From: Burkholderiales bacterium | Lineage (GTDB): Bacteria; Pseudomonadota; Gammaproteobacteria; Burkholderiales; Usitatibacteraceae | DNA length: 64,000 nucleotides | Assembly (NCBI GenBank): GCA_033764435.1 | Contig: JANRIX010000010.1 | Coordinates: forward strand, 163,220 to 227,219 | Direction: 5' to 3' | Shown: positions 42,397 to 52,733 of the stretch, piece after piece | Numbering within the stretch: position 1 is the stretch's first letter | Layout: each line of letters starts with the position of its first letter | Made by a program: the position numbers and the translations under genes | The notes under the pieces: model-generated | What the model saw: the letters and a program-made list of their open reading frames with translations, nothing else | Database searches by the model: none | What the model was told of the DNA's origin: nothing

Positions 42397-42963
42397 TCAG
42401 CGCTTCGGCGCCGGCACCACGGCCCGCGGTGCGGCGAGCGATGCCTTCAGCATCCAGTCCAGCCACGCTTCCTGATTCCTGAGCGCATCCACGCCGAGCG
42501 AATCCAGCGCAACCGGCGGAAGCTCCAGCCAGGCATCCGCCTCCCCGGATTCGGTCGTCACCTTCATCCCCGCCTTCCGCGCGATGTGCAGGATGGCGTC
42601 GTTCTGCGCGAGGCAATGCATGAACAGACGTGAGAGTCCCAGATTGCGAGCGCGCATCACCGCGCGGGCGAAGAGCAGGCTGCCCACACCCTGGCCGCGC
42701 GCGGCCGGCAGCACGGAGAGCCCCAACTCGGCCGGATCGGCACGGGAGGCCAGGTGCGCCACCGCCAGCAGGGTGAGGTCATCGGCATACACGCCGAACA
42801 GGGAATCCGAACCGTACGGGATGTCCGCCACATACTTGCGCAAGGAATCATCCGACAGCACCAGGCCGAAACGCAGCCGGCGGTCTTCCGCGTTCAGGGC
42901 AAGAAAGTGATCGGTGATCGCCGCCTGTTGGGCGCGACCGAGTTCATGGACGACGAGGCTCAT
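42397..42963 (-). CDS. GNAT family N-acetyltransferase
   Basis: 188 aa from M38 of ORF 42397..43074; acetyl-CoA motif RGQGVGSLLFARAVMRARNLGLSRL. Confidence 0.75.
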   Translation of the reverse strand: MSLVVHELGRAQQAAITDHFLALNAEDRRLRFGLVLSDDSLRKYVADIPYGSDSLFGVYADDLTLLAVAHLASRADPAELGLSVLPAARGQGVGSLLFARAVMRARNLGLSRLFMHCLAQNDAILHIARKAGMKVTTESGEADAWLELPPVALDSLGVDALRNQEAWLDWMLKASLAAPRAVVPAPKR

Positions 42964-43140
42964 GGCGCTCTCCTGTGTGCGGTATGGCCGCGGGGATCGC
43001 CCGCGCCACAGTTGCACTATCGGGTCGCCGCTATCGAAAAGCCAATCACCAATTTGGATGCCTGCCATCACCACCGCTTATGGCTCGCGCGGCGGGGCGG
43101 TACACTTTTGCTTCTTGCCGAATCAAGCAGGAGCGCCACC

Positions 43141-43740
43141 ATGTCGCATGCCGAAGTCGATGCCTACATCGCCAAGTCCGCGCCGTTTGCCCAGCCCATC
43201 CTCAACGAGCTGCGTGCCCGGGTGCACAAGGCCTGCCCGCAAGTGGAAGAAGCCATCAAGTGGGGCATGCCCTCCTTCCAGTACAACGGAAAGATCCTGT
43301 GCGGCATGGCGGCATTCAAGCAGCACGCCACATTCGGCTTCTGGCGGCGCGAGGTGGCAGCCGGCACAGCCGGCAGCGAGCACGACGCCATGGGCCAGTT
43401 CGGCAAGCTGACCGACGTGAAGCAGCTGCCGACCAAAACCGAATTCACGCGCATGGTGAAGGCCGCGATGGCGTTGATCGACAGCCACGCGCCCGCCACA
43501 CCCGCGACGCGCAAACATCCACGCCCGGCGCTGGCCATGCCGGATGATTTTCAGGCGGGCCTGAAACGGAACAAGGCCGCGCTGAAGACATTCGACGCGT
43601 TCAGCCCCAGCCACCGGCGCGAGTACATCGAATGGATCGTCGAAGCCAAGCGCGACGAGACACGCGCCAGGCACATCGCCCAGGCCATCGAATGGCTGGC
43701 CGAAGGCAAGGCACGCAACTGGAAGTATCAGAACTGCTGA
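43141..43740 (+). CDS. DUF1801 (YdhG/YdeI-like) domain protein
   Basis: MSHAEVDAYIAKSAPFAQPILNELRARVHKACPQVEEAIKWGMPSFQYNGKILCGMAAFKQHATFGFW...; overlaps the convergent phnN fusion by 13 nt. Confidence 0.8.
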   Translation: MSHAEVDAYIAKSAPFAQPILNELRARVHKACPQVEEAIKWGMPSFQYNGKILCGMAAFKQHATFGFWRREVAAGTAGSEHDAMGQFGKLTDVKQLPTKTEFTRMVKAAMALIDSHAPATPATRKHPRPALAMPDDFQAGLKRNKAALKTFDAFSPSHRREYIEWIVEAKRDETRARHIAQAIEWLAEGKARNWKYQNC

Positions 43741-45053
43741 AGATTCAACCGGACGACGACTTGAGCGTGCGCACGGGCTGAAGGTGGCGGCATCGCACCC
43801 ACGCTGTCGCCCGGTCTCGCCAGCCACTGCAGCAGGGCGAGGCCTGCTATGGGCAGGGGCCCATCGTTGACGATTTCCAGATCCACATGATCGGGCGTGA
43901 ACGCGTCCGCGCGAGCCAGCCGCTCGCCCATGGCTTCGCGATCCTCGCGACCGCGACTCTCGATACGCCGCGCCAACGCCTCGCGCGGCGCAGTGATATG
44001 CACCACCTCCAGCTCCGGATACTTGCGCCGCGCCACGGGAAGATGTTCGCGCGAACCGTTGATGACCACGGTCATGCCAGATTGGCGCAAGGCCAGTGTC
44101 TCCTTGCGGATGGCATAGCGGCATTCGTGCGCCGACCACTGGAAGGCGAAGGCATCCCGCGCCTGCAAGCGGGCGAACACCGCTTGCGACACCGACTCAT
44201 GCTGCTCGCCGCCCGGAACTGCCGGCCGGGTGATGACGCGGCGCGCGAAGACGATGTCGCGCTGCAACGCCAGATGATCGCGCGCCCAGGCAATGACGCT
44301 GTCCTTGCCGGCACCCGACGGACCGACCACATACACGAGGCGACCGGGCTTTCCGAACGGCATGCGCGCGATCAGCTCGAAGTCGGCACCGGGCCGCGCC
44401 TCCTCGAACACTGACAGGGCATCGAATGGCTGGGGGCGCTCCAGTTCGTCTGCGAATATTCGCAAGGCCTCGGCGCGGACCTGATCGATGAAGCGGGGAT
44501 GCGCACCCGTGAACGAGTCGGTCAGCGTGAAGTGAAGCCGGAACGCATCCAGCACATGCGGGTAACCCCAGCGCACCAGCATTGCATCCTCAAGCGGCGT
44601 GAGCGGCTTGGCCCGACGGCGCGCCAGATCCGCATCCGACAGCGGTCGGCGATGGGCGTCGAAGTGCGTGACGCAGCGCCGCTCCAAATCTGCGAGCCGC
44701 TCGCTGCCATGCATCGGCGTGAGCGCGAGAAAGTCGTCCAGCTCGGCCAGCTTGAGCCCCGGCAGGGCGAAGCAGGATTCGCGCGCAGCGAACTGCTCGA
44801 CATCTTCCAGCAGTTCATCGAGGCCGCCCGGATCGGCCAGATGAAACGGTGCCTTCAGCGTGGCATGAAAACCGTAACGCCGCGGATGCTGGGTGAAGGC
44901 GCGCAGCGTATCTTCGCGAATATTCGCAAGTGGCGGCGCCGGCAGCGCGCAATGCCGCCAGGCATCGCGGCCCAGCCAGGCGGAGCCCAGTTGCCACAGT
45001 GCCGAGTCTGGTCCGGGCGCGAAGTAGATGGCGTAGCGCGGTTCGCCCGTCAT
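43728..45053 (-). CDS. phnN: fusion of DUF1045 (phosphonate-metabolism, 2H-phosphoesterase-like) and PhnN ribose-1,5-bisphosphate phosphokinase
   Basis: N-terminal RYAIYFAPGPDSALW...FHATLKAPFHL (DUF1045). C-terminal LVYVVGPSGAGKDSVIAWARDHL P-loop (PhnN/guanylate-kinase-like). Confidence 0.8.
   Translation of the reverse strand: MTGEPRYAIYFAPGPDSALWQLGSAWLGRDAWRHCALPAPPLANIREDTLRAFTQHPRRYGFHATLKAPFHLADPGGLDELLEDVEQFAARESCFALPGLKLAELDDFLALTPMHGSERLADLERRCVTHFDAHRRPLSDADLARRRAKPLTPLEDAMLVRWGYPHVLDAFRLHFTLTDSFTGAHPRFIDQVRAEALRIFADELERPQPFDALSVFEEARPGADFELIARMPFGKPGRLVYVVGPSGAGKDSVIAWARDHLALQRDIVFARRVITRPAVPGGEQHESVSQAVFARLQARDAFAFQWSAHECRYAIRKETLALRQSGMTVVINGSREHLPVARRKYPELEVVHITAPREALARRIESRGREDREAMGERLARADAFTPDHVDLEIVNDGPLPIAGLALLQWLARPGDSVGAMPPPSARAHAQVVVRLNLQQF
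44452..44463. repeat. GCGAATATTCGC palindrome copy (perfect)
   Basis: 12/12, extended TGCGAATATTCGCA; in the phnN fusion (minus), reads RIFA (position set from ORF frame). Confidence 0.9.
44916..44927. repeat. GCGAATATTCGC palindrome copy (perfect)
   Basis: 12/12; in the phnN fusion (minus), reads ANIR (frame checked). Confidence 0.95.
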
Positions 45054-45751
45054 GATTGCTCGGCATCCACGATGAGCTGGACCAGATCGCCTGCGAACCA
45101 GGTGCGGCCAAACTCCACCGGCGCACCGGCACTGTCCACGTTGACCCCTTCCACGAGCAGAACCGGACGGCGCGCATCCTGATCGAGATGCTGCGCCACC
45201 TCACGGCCGGGCAGTCGCGCGCTCACGGCGCTGCGCCGCCGGATGAAATCCTGGACGCCGAATTCGGCCAGCGCGGCGGAAATGGAGCCGGTGCGGGCAA
45301 AGACGGCATCCAATCCCTTGAAGCGGCGTGCGCTGAAATGATGTTCGCCCAGCGTGATCGGCCGGTCGTTGGCTTCGCCCACGGCGAGAACACGCAGCAC
45401 CGATGCGCCCGGCCTCAAGTCCAGCGCGGCGGCCACACCTTTCGAAGCCTTGATCACCTCTGACGAGACGAAGCGATGCCGCCCGCGCAGTCCTGCAGCG
45501 GACAGGTTCTCGGAAAAGCGCGTGCGCCGCCCGAGCACATAGTCGACGGCGAGATCAGTGACAAATGTCCCAAGCCCCTGACGTACCTGCACCAGACCCT
45601 TTGCGGCGAGTGCGGCCAGCGCCTGGCGCACCGTATGGCGATTCACGCCGAACCGGCCCGCCAGCGCGTGCTCGCCCGGCAGGCGCACGCCGGCAGCCAG
45701 CCGGCCGGCCGCAATGTCGGCAGCGAGTTCGCGTTCGATGAGCGACCACAT
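45050..45751 (-). CDS. phnF: GntR-family regulator PhnF
   Basis: wHTH RLPGEHALAGRFGVNRHTVRQALAALAAKGLVQVRQGLGTFV plus a UTRA-like C-terminus. Start at MWSLIERE (45751); the ORF track extends to 45910 with an acidic 53-aa N-terminal extension of uncertain reality. Confidence 0.7.
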   Translation of the reverse strand: MWSLIERELAADIAAGRLAAGVRLPGEHALAGRFGVNRHTVRQALAALAAKGLVQVRQGLGTFVTDLAVDYVLGRRTRFSENLSAAGLRGRHRFVSSEVIKASKGVAAALDLRPGASVLRVLAVGEANDRPITLGEHHFSARRFKGLDAVFARTGSISAALAEFGVQDFIRRRSAVSARLPGREVAQHLDQDARRPVLLVEGVNVDSAGAPVEFGRTWFAGDLVQLIVDAEQS

Positions 45752-46012
45752 CGGCTCGGCTTCACTTGCGCTCGCGGTCCAGCCATCTTCCTGAAACGGG
45801 GTCAGCGCATCCTCTTCGATGCGGCCGATCTGGCCTGCGCCATCGGCATCGCTTTCAGCGCCATCTTCCAACGTGTTTTGCGGTTCTGCGTTTGTGACAG
45901 TCATTGTCATGGGGTCGTCACCGGATGTTCATATTGGCTGCGTAGATTCCCGCCCATTGCCGGGATGTCTAGACAAGCTCTGGACCCGGATTCTCGATGG
46001 GAGCTGTGACAC

Positions 46013-46459
46013 GTGCATGACAACCCGACCGCGGAGCGCCAGGACTGGATGCGACTGTTGTCCACCGCGCCGCTGGCCATGCTGGAAGCCTGGGGCGGCA
46101 CACGCCAGGACGCGCACACCTGGTTGCGCCGGCCGGAGACCGGGCTGGTCATGGTTCGCGGACGCATCGGTGCCACCGGCAATCGCTTCAATCTGGGCGA
46201 GATGACGCTGACCCGTTGCACCTTGCGCCTTGTGAGCGGGGAGCACGGTGTAGCCTATGTGCAGGGCCGCTCTTCGCGCAAGGCGGAACTGGCCGCGCTG
46301 GCGGACGCGCTGCTGCAAAGCGCTGCGGCGCGTGCCGAAGTGGAACGCGATCTTCTGCAACCGCTGCGCGCGCGCCGCGCAGTCGATGCCGCACGCCGGG
46401 CGCAGGCAGCGCGCAATACCAAGGTCGACTTTCTCACCATCGCACGGGGTGACGAATGA
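46013..46459 (+). CDS. phnG: C-P lyase subunit PhnG
   Basis: 148 aa; divergent from phnF; typical PhnG length and position. Confidence 0.8.
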   Translation: MHDNPTAERQDWMRLLSTAPLAMLEAWGGTRQDAHTWLRRPETGLVMVRGRIGATGNRFNLGEMTLTRCTLRLVSGEHGVAYVQGRSSRKAELAALADALLQSAAARAEVERDLLQPLRARRAVDAARRAQAARNTKVDFLTIARGDE

Positions 46460-47085
46460 GCCTCGTGAACACGGTCGATCTCGCCGACATCGGACCCGGA
46501 TTCGCCAACCCTGTGCATGCGGCCCAGCAGGTCTTTCGGGTGGTGCTGGATGCACTGGCGCGCCCCGGACGCATCCTCACCGTGGAGGCGGATTCGCCGC
46601 CGCCTGCGGGTGTCGGGCACGCCGCCAACGCGGCGCTGCTGGCCCTCCTCGATCAGGACACCACGCTGTACGTATCGCCCAACATCGGCGAGGCCGCCGC
46701 GCGGCACTTCCGCTTTCACACCGGCTGCCGTGCGACGCCGCGGATCGAGGATGCGGACTTCATTCTCCTCGCCGCGGGCGACGCGTGGCCCGGCAGCACG
46801 GCACTGAAGCTGGGCAGCGAATATTCGCCGGAGCAAGGTGCCACCGTCGTGCGCGAGGTCGGCGGCTTCGACAGCGGATTGCCGCTGGTGCTGACCGGCC
46901 CCGGCATCGCGGACACGCAAGCGTTGCAGTCGCCGGCGCTCGACGGCGATTTCGTCGCCGACTGGCAGGCGCTGCGCGGTCAATTTCCGCGTGGCGTCGA
47001 TCTGATCCTGACCTCTGGCGCGACCCTCGTCGGACTGCCGCGCAGCACCCGCATCCGCGCCGTCACGGAGGTCGCATGTACGTAG
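46456..47085 (+). CDS. phnH: C-P lyase subunit PhnH
   Basis: ANPVHAAQQVFRVVLDALARPGRI...; 4-nt start/stop overlap with phnG. Confidence 0.85.
   Translation: MSLVNTVDLADIGPGFANPVHAAQQVFRVVLDALARPGRILTVEADSPPPAGVGHAANAALLALLDQDTTLYVSPNIGEAAARHFRFHTGCRATPRIEDADFILLAAGDAWPGSTALKLGSEYSPEQGATVVREVGGFDSGLPLVLTGPGIADTQALQSPALDGDFVADWQALRGQFPRGVDLILTSGATLVGLPRSTRIRAVTEVACT
46817..46828. repeat. GCGAATATTCGC palindrome copy (perfect)
   Basis: 12/12; in phnH, reads EYS (frame checked). Confidence 0.95.
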
Positions 47086-48194
47086 CCGTCAAAGGGGGCG
47101 AGCGCGCCATTGCCGCATCGCATGACGAGATTGCCCGCGCGCGGCGCGGCGATCCGGCTGTGCCCGAGTTGAGTGTCGAGCAGATTCAGGAGCAGCTCAG
47201 GCTCGCCGTCGATCGCGTGATGACCGAAGGCAGCGTGTACGACCGCGAGCTCGCCGCACTCGCCATCAAGCAGGCGGCGGGTGATCTGGTCGAAGCCATC
47301 TTTCTCTTGCGCGCCTATCGCGCCACGCTGCCCCGTCTGGGCTACACAGAAGCCATCGACACCACGCGCATGCAGATGACGCGGCGCATCTCGGCCACGT
47401 TCAAAGATCTGCCGGGCGGGCAGGTGCTGGGGCCGACGTATGACTACACCCAGCGCCTGCTCGACTTTTCGCTGGCGGCGGGCACGCCTGTGGCTGCGAG
47501 CGATGACGCTGCGCATGGCGAATATTCGCAACCGGACGCTGCCGATCATGCCTACGCTTCCGTCGTCGAACTGCTCGGCAACGAAGGCCTGATCGAGCGC
47601 CACGAGCCTGACGCCGGTGACCCAGAACCCGCCGACCTCACCCGCGAGCCGCTGTCGTTTCCGGCCGACCGCGCGTTGCGCCTGCAGAACCTGGCACGCG
47701 GCGACGAAGGCTATCTGCTGGCCATGGGTTACTCCACCCAGCGCGGCTATGCGCACACCCATCCGTTTGCGGGCGAAATCCGCTTTGGCACGGTGGAGGT
47801 GGAAATCGTGCCCGAGGAACTGGGCTTCCCCATCGTCGTGGGCGAGATCGACGTGACCGAGTGCCAGATGGTCAACCAGTTCGCCGGCTCGAAGACTGCG
47901 CCGCCTCAGTTCACCCGCGGCTACGGCCTCACCTTTGGTCACGGCGAGCGCAAGGCCATGGCCATGGCGCTGGTGGATCGCGCGCTGCGCGCCGACGAGC
48001 TGGGCGAGATCGCCAGTCACACCAGCCGGGCGCCGGCGCAGATGCAGGAGTTTGTGCTCTCGCACTCCGACAACCTGGAAGCGTCGGGCTTCGTTCAACA
48101 CTTGAAGCTGCCGCATTACGTGGATTTCCAATCCGAACTGGAGCTGGTGCGCAAGATGCGCAAGGCCCACGCCCGCACGGAGGCCGCTGAATGA
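47076..48194 (+). CDS. phnI: C-P lyase subunit PhnI
   Basis: MYVAVKGGERAIAASHDEIARARRGDP...; ATG 47076 is in frame with ORF 46257..48194 and overlaps the phnH end. Confidence 0.85.
   Translation: MYVAVKGGERAIAASHDEIARARRGDPAVPELSVEQIQEQLRLAVDRVMTEGSVYDRELAALAIKQAAGDLVEAIFLLRAYRATLPRLGYTEAIDTTRMQMTRRISATFKDLPGGQVLGPTYDYTQRLLDFSLAAGTPVAASDDAAHGEYSQPDAADHAYASVVELLGNEGLIERHEPDAGDPEPADLTREPLSFPADRALRLQNLARGDEGYLLAMGYSTQRGYAHTHPFAGEIRFGTVEVEIVPEELGFPIVVGEIDVTECQMVNQFAGSKTAPPQFTRGYGLTFGHGERKAMAMALVDRALRADELGEIASHTSRAPAQMQEFVLSHSDNLEASGFVQHLKLPHYVDFQSELELVRKMRKAHARTEAAE
47518..47529. repeat. GCGAATATTCGC palindrome copy (perfect)
   Basis: 12/12; in phnI, reads EYS (frame checked). Confidence 0.95.
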
Positions 48195-49078
48195 ATGCGC
48201 GCAGCGAAATCACCCCAACAGTGGTGGAGGCCGGCTACAACTTCGCCTACCTCGACGAGCGCACCAAACGCATGATCCGCCGTGCATTGCTGAAGGCCGT
48301 GGCCATCCCCGGCTACCAGGTGCCGTTCGGTTCGCGCGAGATGCCGCTCCCCTATGGCTGGGGTACCGGCGGCATCCAGGTCACGGCGTCGGTCATCGGC
48401 GCGGACGACACGCTCAAGGTCATCGACCAGGGCGCGGACGACACGGTGAACGCGGTGAACATCCGCCGCTTCTTTCAGCGCACCACCGGCGTGGCGACGA
48501 CGGAACGCACCGTGGAAGCCACGCTCATCCAGACCCGTCACCGCATTCCGGAAACGCCGCTTCGCGAAGACCAGATCATCGTCTACCAGGTGCCGATTCC
48601 CGAGCCGCTGGCCCACCTCGAACCGCGCGAGGCGGAAACCAAGGTGCTGCATGGCCTTGCGGAGTACGGGCTCATGCACGTGAAGCTCTACGAGGACATC
48701 GCGCGTCATGGCCACATCGCCGACACCTACGACTATCCGGTCATGGTGGACGGCCGCTTCCTGATGTCGCCCTCACCGATCCCCAAATTCGACAACCCGA
48801 AGATGCATCGCAATCCCGCCCTGCAACTCTTCGGCGCGGGCCGCGAGAAGCGCATCTACGCCATCCCGCCCCACACCACCGTGGAAAGCCTCGCCTTCGA
48901 GGACCATCCGTTCGAAGTGCAGAAGTGGGATCAGGCCTGCGCACTGTGCGGCTCGACGGAAAGCTTCCTCGACGAAATGATCACCGACGACAAGGGCGGA
49001 CGCATGTTCATCTGTTCCGACACCGACTACTGCGGCGAGCGCCGTGCCGCGGCCGCCGACCGGAAGGAAGCCGCATGA
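48191..49078 (+). CDS. phnJ: C-P lyase PhnJ (alpha-D-ribose 1-methylphosphonate 5-phosphate C-P lyase)
   Basis: PGYQVPFGSREMPLPYGWGTGGIQVTA and C-terminal CALCGSTESFLDEMITDDKGGRMFICSDTDYC (Fe-S cysteine cluster). Confidence 0.9.
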   Translation: MNARSEITPTVVEAGYNFAYLDERTKRMIRRALLKAVAIPGYQVPFGSREMPLPYGWGTGGIQVTASVIGADDTLKVIDQGADDTVNAVNIRRFFQRTTGVATTERTVEATLIQTRHRIPETPLREDQIIVYQVPIPEPLAHLEPREAETKVLHGLAEYGLMHVKLYEDIARHGHIADTYDYPVMVDGRFLMSPSPIPKFDNPKMHRNPALQLFGAGREKRIYAIPPHTTVESLAFEDHPFEVQKWDQACALCGSTESFLDEMITDDKGGRMFICSDTDYCGERRAAAADRKEAA

Positions 49079-49857
49079 CCGAACTCGACCAACCCATCCT
49101 GCAGATCACGGGCGTATCCAAGCGCTACGGCGACAGGCTGGCCATCGACGACATTCACTTCGCGCTGTGGCCCGGGGAGGTGCTGGCCGTGGTCGGCGAG
49201 TCCGGCTCCGGCAAGACAACGTTGCTCAATTGTGTGTCCGCGCGCCTGAAACCTGACGGTGGCAGCGTGCAGTTCCGCACCCGCCATGAAGGCGTGGTGG
49301 ACATCTACACGCTCTCCGAAGCATCGCGCCGGCTGCTGGCACGCACCGATTGGGGCTATGTCCACCAGAACCCGGCGGACGGACTGCGCATGGATGTTTC
49401 GGCCGGCGCCAACGTGGGCGAGCGGCTCATGGCGCTGGGTGAACGGCACTACGGTCGCATCCGCAGCGAAGCGCTGCAGTGGATGACCCGGGTGGAGATG
49501 CAGGAAGACCGTATCGACGATTCGCCCGCCACGTTCTCCGGCGGCATGCGCCAGCGCCTGCAGATCGCGCGCAATCTGGTCACCAAGCCAAGGCTGGTGT
49601 TCATGGATGAACCCACATCCGGGCTGGATGTGTCGGTGCAAGCGCGACTGCTCGATCTGTTGCGCACGCTGACCCGGCAGATGCATCTCGCCTCGATCAT
49701 CGTGACCCACGATCTGGCCGTCGCCCGGTTGCTGGCCCACCGCATGATCGTGATGAAGGACGGCCGCATCGTCGAGCAGGGCCTCACCGATCAGGTGCTG
49801 GACGACCCGCAACATCCCTACACCCAATTGCTCGTGAGCTCGGTGCTGCAACCATGA
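49075..49857 (+). CDS. phnK: phosphonate C-P lyase system ATP-binding protein PhnK
   Basis: Walker A GESGSGKTT, ABC signature FSGGMRQRLQIA, Walker B VFMDEPTSGLD; start at M51 of ORF 48925..49857. Confidence 0.85.
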   Translation: MTELDQPILQITGVSKRYGDRLAIDDIHFALWPGEVLAVVGESGSGKTTLLNCVSARLKPDGGSVQFRTRHEGVVDIYTLSEASRRLLARTDWGYVHQNPADGLRMDVSAGANVGERLMALGERHYGRIRSEALQWMTRVEMQEDRIDDSPATFSGGMRQRLQIARNLVTKPRLVFMDEPTSGLDVSVQARLLDLLRTLTRQMHLASIIVTHDLAVARLLAHRMIVMKDGRIVEQGLTDQVLDDPQHPYTQLLVSSVLQP

Positions 49858-50600
49858 CATCTCCCAATTTCTCCAGCACTGTGCCGCGGCAAGCGGTCGT
49901 CGAACCCGCCATCCGCATCCGCAATCTGGCGAAGACCTTCACCCTGCACAATCAGGGCGGCGCCGAGCTCGCTGTGCTGCGCAACGTCGACCTCGATGTC
50001 GCGCCCGGTGAATGCGTGGCCCTCGACGGCCCCTCCGGCATGGGCAAGAGCACCTTGCTGAAGTGCATCTACGCCAACTACCGCGCCAGCAGCGGGTCGC
50101 TCGTCGTGCGCGACGGCAACGAGGCCTTCGATCTCACCACCAGCAATCCGCGCGAGCTGATCCGGCTCAGGCGCGACACGATGGGCTACGTGAGCCAGTT
50201 CCTGCGCGCCATTCCGCGCGTGCCGGCGCTGGACATCGTGGCCGAGCCGCTGCTGGACGGCGTCGACGCCACACCCGAGCGGCTGGCCGATGCGCGCCGG
50301 CAGGCCGAGGCGTTGCTGCTGCGGCTGCGAATTCCTGTGAGGCTCTGGAGCGTGGCCCCGGCGACGTTTTCCGGTGGCGAGCAGCAGCGCATCAACATCG
50401 CCCGCGGCCTCATCCGCCAGCGGCCGGTGCTGCTGCTGGATGAGCCCACCGCCTCGCTGGATGCGGACAACCGCGTCACCGTCATGGCGATGATCAACGA
50501 GGCGCGCGAGGCCGGTGCCGCCATCGTCGGCATCTTCCATGACCAGCGCGTGCGGGAAAACGTTGCCACGCGGGTGGTCGACATGCGGGAGTTCATCTGA
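49854..50600 (+). CDS. phnL: phosphonate C-P lyase system ATP-binding protein PhnL
   Basis: Walker A GPSGMGKST, signature FSGGEQQRINIA, Walker B LLLDEPTASLD. Confidence 0.85.
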   Translation: MTSPNFSSTVPRQAVVEPAIRIRNLAKTFTLHNQGGAELAVLRNVDLDVAPGECVALDGPSGMGKSTLLKCIYANYRASSGSLVVRDGNEAFDLTTSNPRELIRLRRDTMGYVSQFLRAIPRVPALDIVAEPLLDGVDATPERLADARRQAEALLLRLRIPVRLWSVAPATFSGGEQQRINIARGLIRQRPVLLLDEPTASLDADNRVTVMAMINEAREAGAAIVGIFHDQRVRENVATRVVDMREFI

Positions 50601-51736
50601 TGGAGCTGATTCTGAGAAATGCCCGCGTGGTGCTGGGTGACGAAGTCGTCACGGGCTCGGTTGCGGTGAAGGACGGCCTGATCGCCGACATCGCCAGCAA
50701 CGGGTCCGCGCTGTCCACCGGCCAGGATCTGGACGGCGACTACCTCATGCCCGGCTTCATCGAGCTGCACACCGACAATTTCGAGCGCCACCTCATGCCG
50801 CGGCCCAAGGTGCGCTGGCCGGAGATGCCCGCGCTGCTCGCCCATGACGCCGAGTGCGCAGCGGCCGGCATCACCACTGTCTACGACGCACTGGGCGTGG
50901 GCGACGCCGATCCCGAAGCCATGCGCGGCCAGGACATGGCACCGATCATCACCGCACTACGCCAGGCGCGTGCCGATGGACTCTTGCGGGCGGATCACCT
51001 GCTGCACATCCGCTGCGAGCTGCCTGCCCCCAACGCGCTCACCCTGTTCGAGCCCTTCCAGCAGGACCCGCTGGTGCGGCTGATTTCGCTCATGGATCAC
51101 ACGCCGGGTCAGCGCCAGTGGACCAACATCGAACAGGCCCGCGTTTACTACACCGGCAAGAAGGGCTGGTCGGACGAGAAGTTCGCGCGCTCGGTGGCGC
51201 AGTCGATGGAAATGCAGGAGAAGTACGCGCTGCCGCATCGCCGCTTCTTCACCGAATATTCGCAGTCCAAAAACATTCCGCTGGCGAGTCACGACGACAC
51301 GCTGCCCGAGCACGTGCGCGAAGCGCATGCGGAAGGCGTGCGCATCAGCGAATTCCCGACCACGGTCGACGCCGCCCGCGAAGCGAAGACGCTGGGCATG
51401 AGTACCGTCATGGGCGCACCCAATGTCATTCGCGGCGGCTCGCATTCGGGCAACGTCGCCGCGGTCGAGCTGGCACGGCTGGGATTGCTGGACACGCTGT
51501 CTTCCGACTATGTGCCGGCCAGCCTGATGGGTGCCGCACTGCAGCTCACCCGCGACGTCGGCTTCACCCTGCCGCAGGCAGTCGCGACCATTTCGCGCAA
51601 CCCGGCCAGGGCATTGGCGCTCGGCGACCGGGGGGAGATCGTGACCGGCAAGCGCGCCGACCTCGTTCAGGTGCGTATCGCCAACGGCCAACCCGTGGTG
51701 CGCGCCGTCTGGCGCGAAGGCGTACGGGTCATCTGA
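50600..51736 (+). CDS. phnM: PhnM (alpha-D-ribose 1-methylphosphonate 5-triphosphate diphosphatase), amidohydrolase fold
   Basis: MPGFIELHTDNFERHLMPRP, SHDDTLPEHV, GAPNVIRGGSHSGN; contains one 11/12 palindrome copy at 51252. Confidence 0.85.
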   Translation: MELILRNARVVLGDEVVTGSVAVKDGLIADIASNGSALSTGQDLDGDYLMPGFIELHTDNFERHLMPRPKVRWPEMPALLAHDAECAAAGITTVYDALGVGDADPEAMRGQDMAPIITALRQARADGLLRADHLLHIRCELPAPNALTLFEPFQQDPLVRLISLMDHTPGQRQWTNIEQARVYYTGKKGWSDEKFARSVAQSMEMQEKYALPHRRFFTEYSQSKNIPLASHDDTLPEHVREAHAEGVRISEFPTTVDAAREAKTLGMSTVMGAPNVIRGGSHSGNVAAVELARLGLLDTLSSDYVPASLMGAALQLTRDVGFTLPQAVATISRNPARALALGDRGEIVTGKRADLVQVRIANGQPVVRAVWREGVRVI

Positions 51737-51807
51737 GGGCGTCATCTGCCTGTCACCCGCACTTTCTACACTGCGACCCACTTATCTAGACAACCTTGAC
51801 CGCAACC

Positions 51808-52689
51808 ATGCAACCCGCCATCCGCGTCACCGAACTGACCAAGTCCTTTGGCAGCCATGCCGCGCAGCGCAGCGTGGCGCTGGACAAGGTCACGCTGGAA
51901 ATCATGCCCGGCGAGATGGTGGCCCTCATCGGCGCCTCGGGCTCCGGCAAATCCACACTGCTGCGCCATCTGGCCGGGCTGATCGTGGCGGATCGCGGCA
52001 CGTCTGGCGAAATCGTGGTCAACGGCCGCGTGGTGCAGAAGAACGGTGTGCTGGCCGCGAATATTCGCGAAGTGCGCGAAGGCATCGGCTTCGTGTTCCA
52101 GCAGTTCAATCTGGTGGGCCGGCTGCCCGTGATCACCAATGTCATGGCCGGCATGCTCACCCGCGTGCCGCTCTGGCGCAGCCTCACCCGCTGGTTCCAC
52201 ACCCGCGAATATTCGCAAGGGCTGGAAGCGCTGGCGCGCGTGGGCATGGCTGAACGTGCGGCCCAGCGCGCGTCGACACTCTCCGGCGGCCAGCAGCAGC
52301 GCGCCGCCATCGCCCGCACGCTGGTGCAGCAGGCCAAGGTGGTGCTGGCCGATGAGCCCATCGCATCGCTTGATCCGGAGTCCTCGCGCCGGGTCATGGA
52401 TATTCTCGCCACCATCAACCGCGAGGACCACTGCACGGTCGTGGTCTCGCTGCACCAGGTCAACGTCGCCATCAAGTATTGCCCGCGCACGATCGCGCTC
52501 CGCCGCGGCCAGGTGGTGTACGACGGCCCGTCCGAACGTTTGACGCCGGCCTTGCTGCGCGATCTCTACGGCGCTGAGGCCGACGAGATTCTCGATCTGC
52601 CCGACCACATCTCGCTGCTGCAGGACCGTCGCGAGAGCGCCGCGAACGTTGCCGCCCTGCCTTCCATCCAGGCTGCCCAGGCAGGCTGA
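51808..52689 (+). CDS. phnC: phosphonate ABC transporter ATP-binding protein PhnC
   Basis: Walker [10 protein letters not shown], signature [12 protein letters not shown], Walker [15 protein letters not shown] 51808 is in frame with ORF 51796 (which begins at TTG). Confidence 0.85.
   Translation: MQPAIRVTELTKSFGSHAAQRSVALDKVTLEIMPGEMVALIGASGSGKSTLLRHLAGLIVADRGTSGEIVVNGRVVQKNGVLAANIREVREGIGFVFQQFNLVGRLPVITNVMAGMLTRVPLWRSLTRWFHTREYSQGLEALARVGMAERAAQRASTLSGGQQQRAAIARTLVQQAKVVLADEPIASLDPESSRRVMDILATINREDHCTVVVSLHQVNVAIKYCPRTIALRRGQVVYDGPSERLTPALLRDLYGAEADEILDLPDHISLLQDRRESAANVAALPSIQAAQAG
52057..52068. repeat. GCGAATATTCGC palindrome copy (perfect)
   Basis: 12/12; in phnC, reads ANIR (frame checked). 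Confidence 0.95.
52205..52216. repeat. GCGAATATTCGC palindrome copy (perfect)
   Basis: 12/12; in phnC, reads EYS (frame checked); 148 bp from the previous copy. Confidence 0.95.
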
Positions 52690-52733
52690 CCCGAATCAAC
52701 CACCCCATCCGCATCAACCTACCGGAGACCACC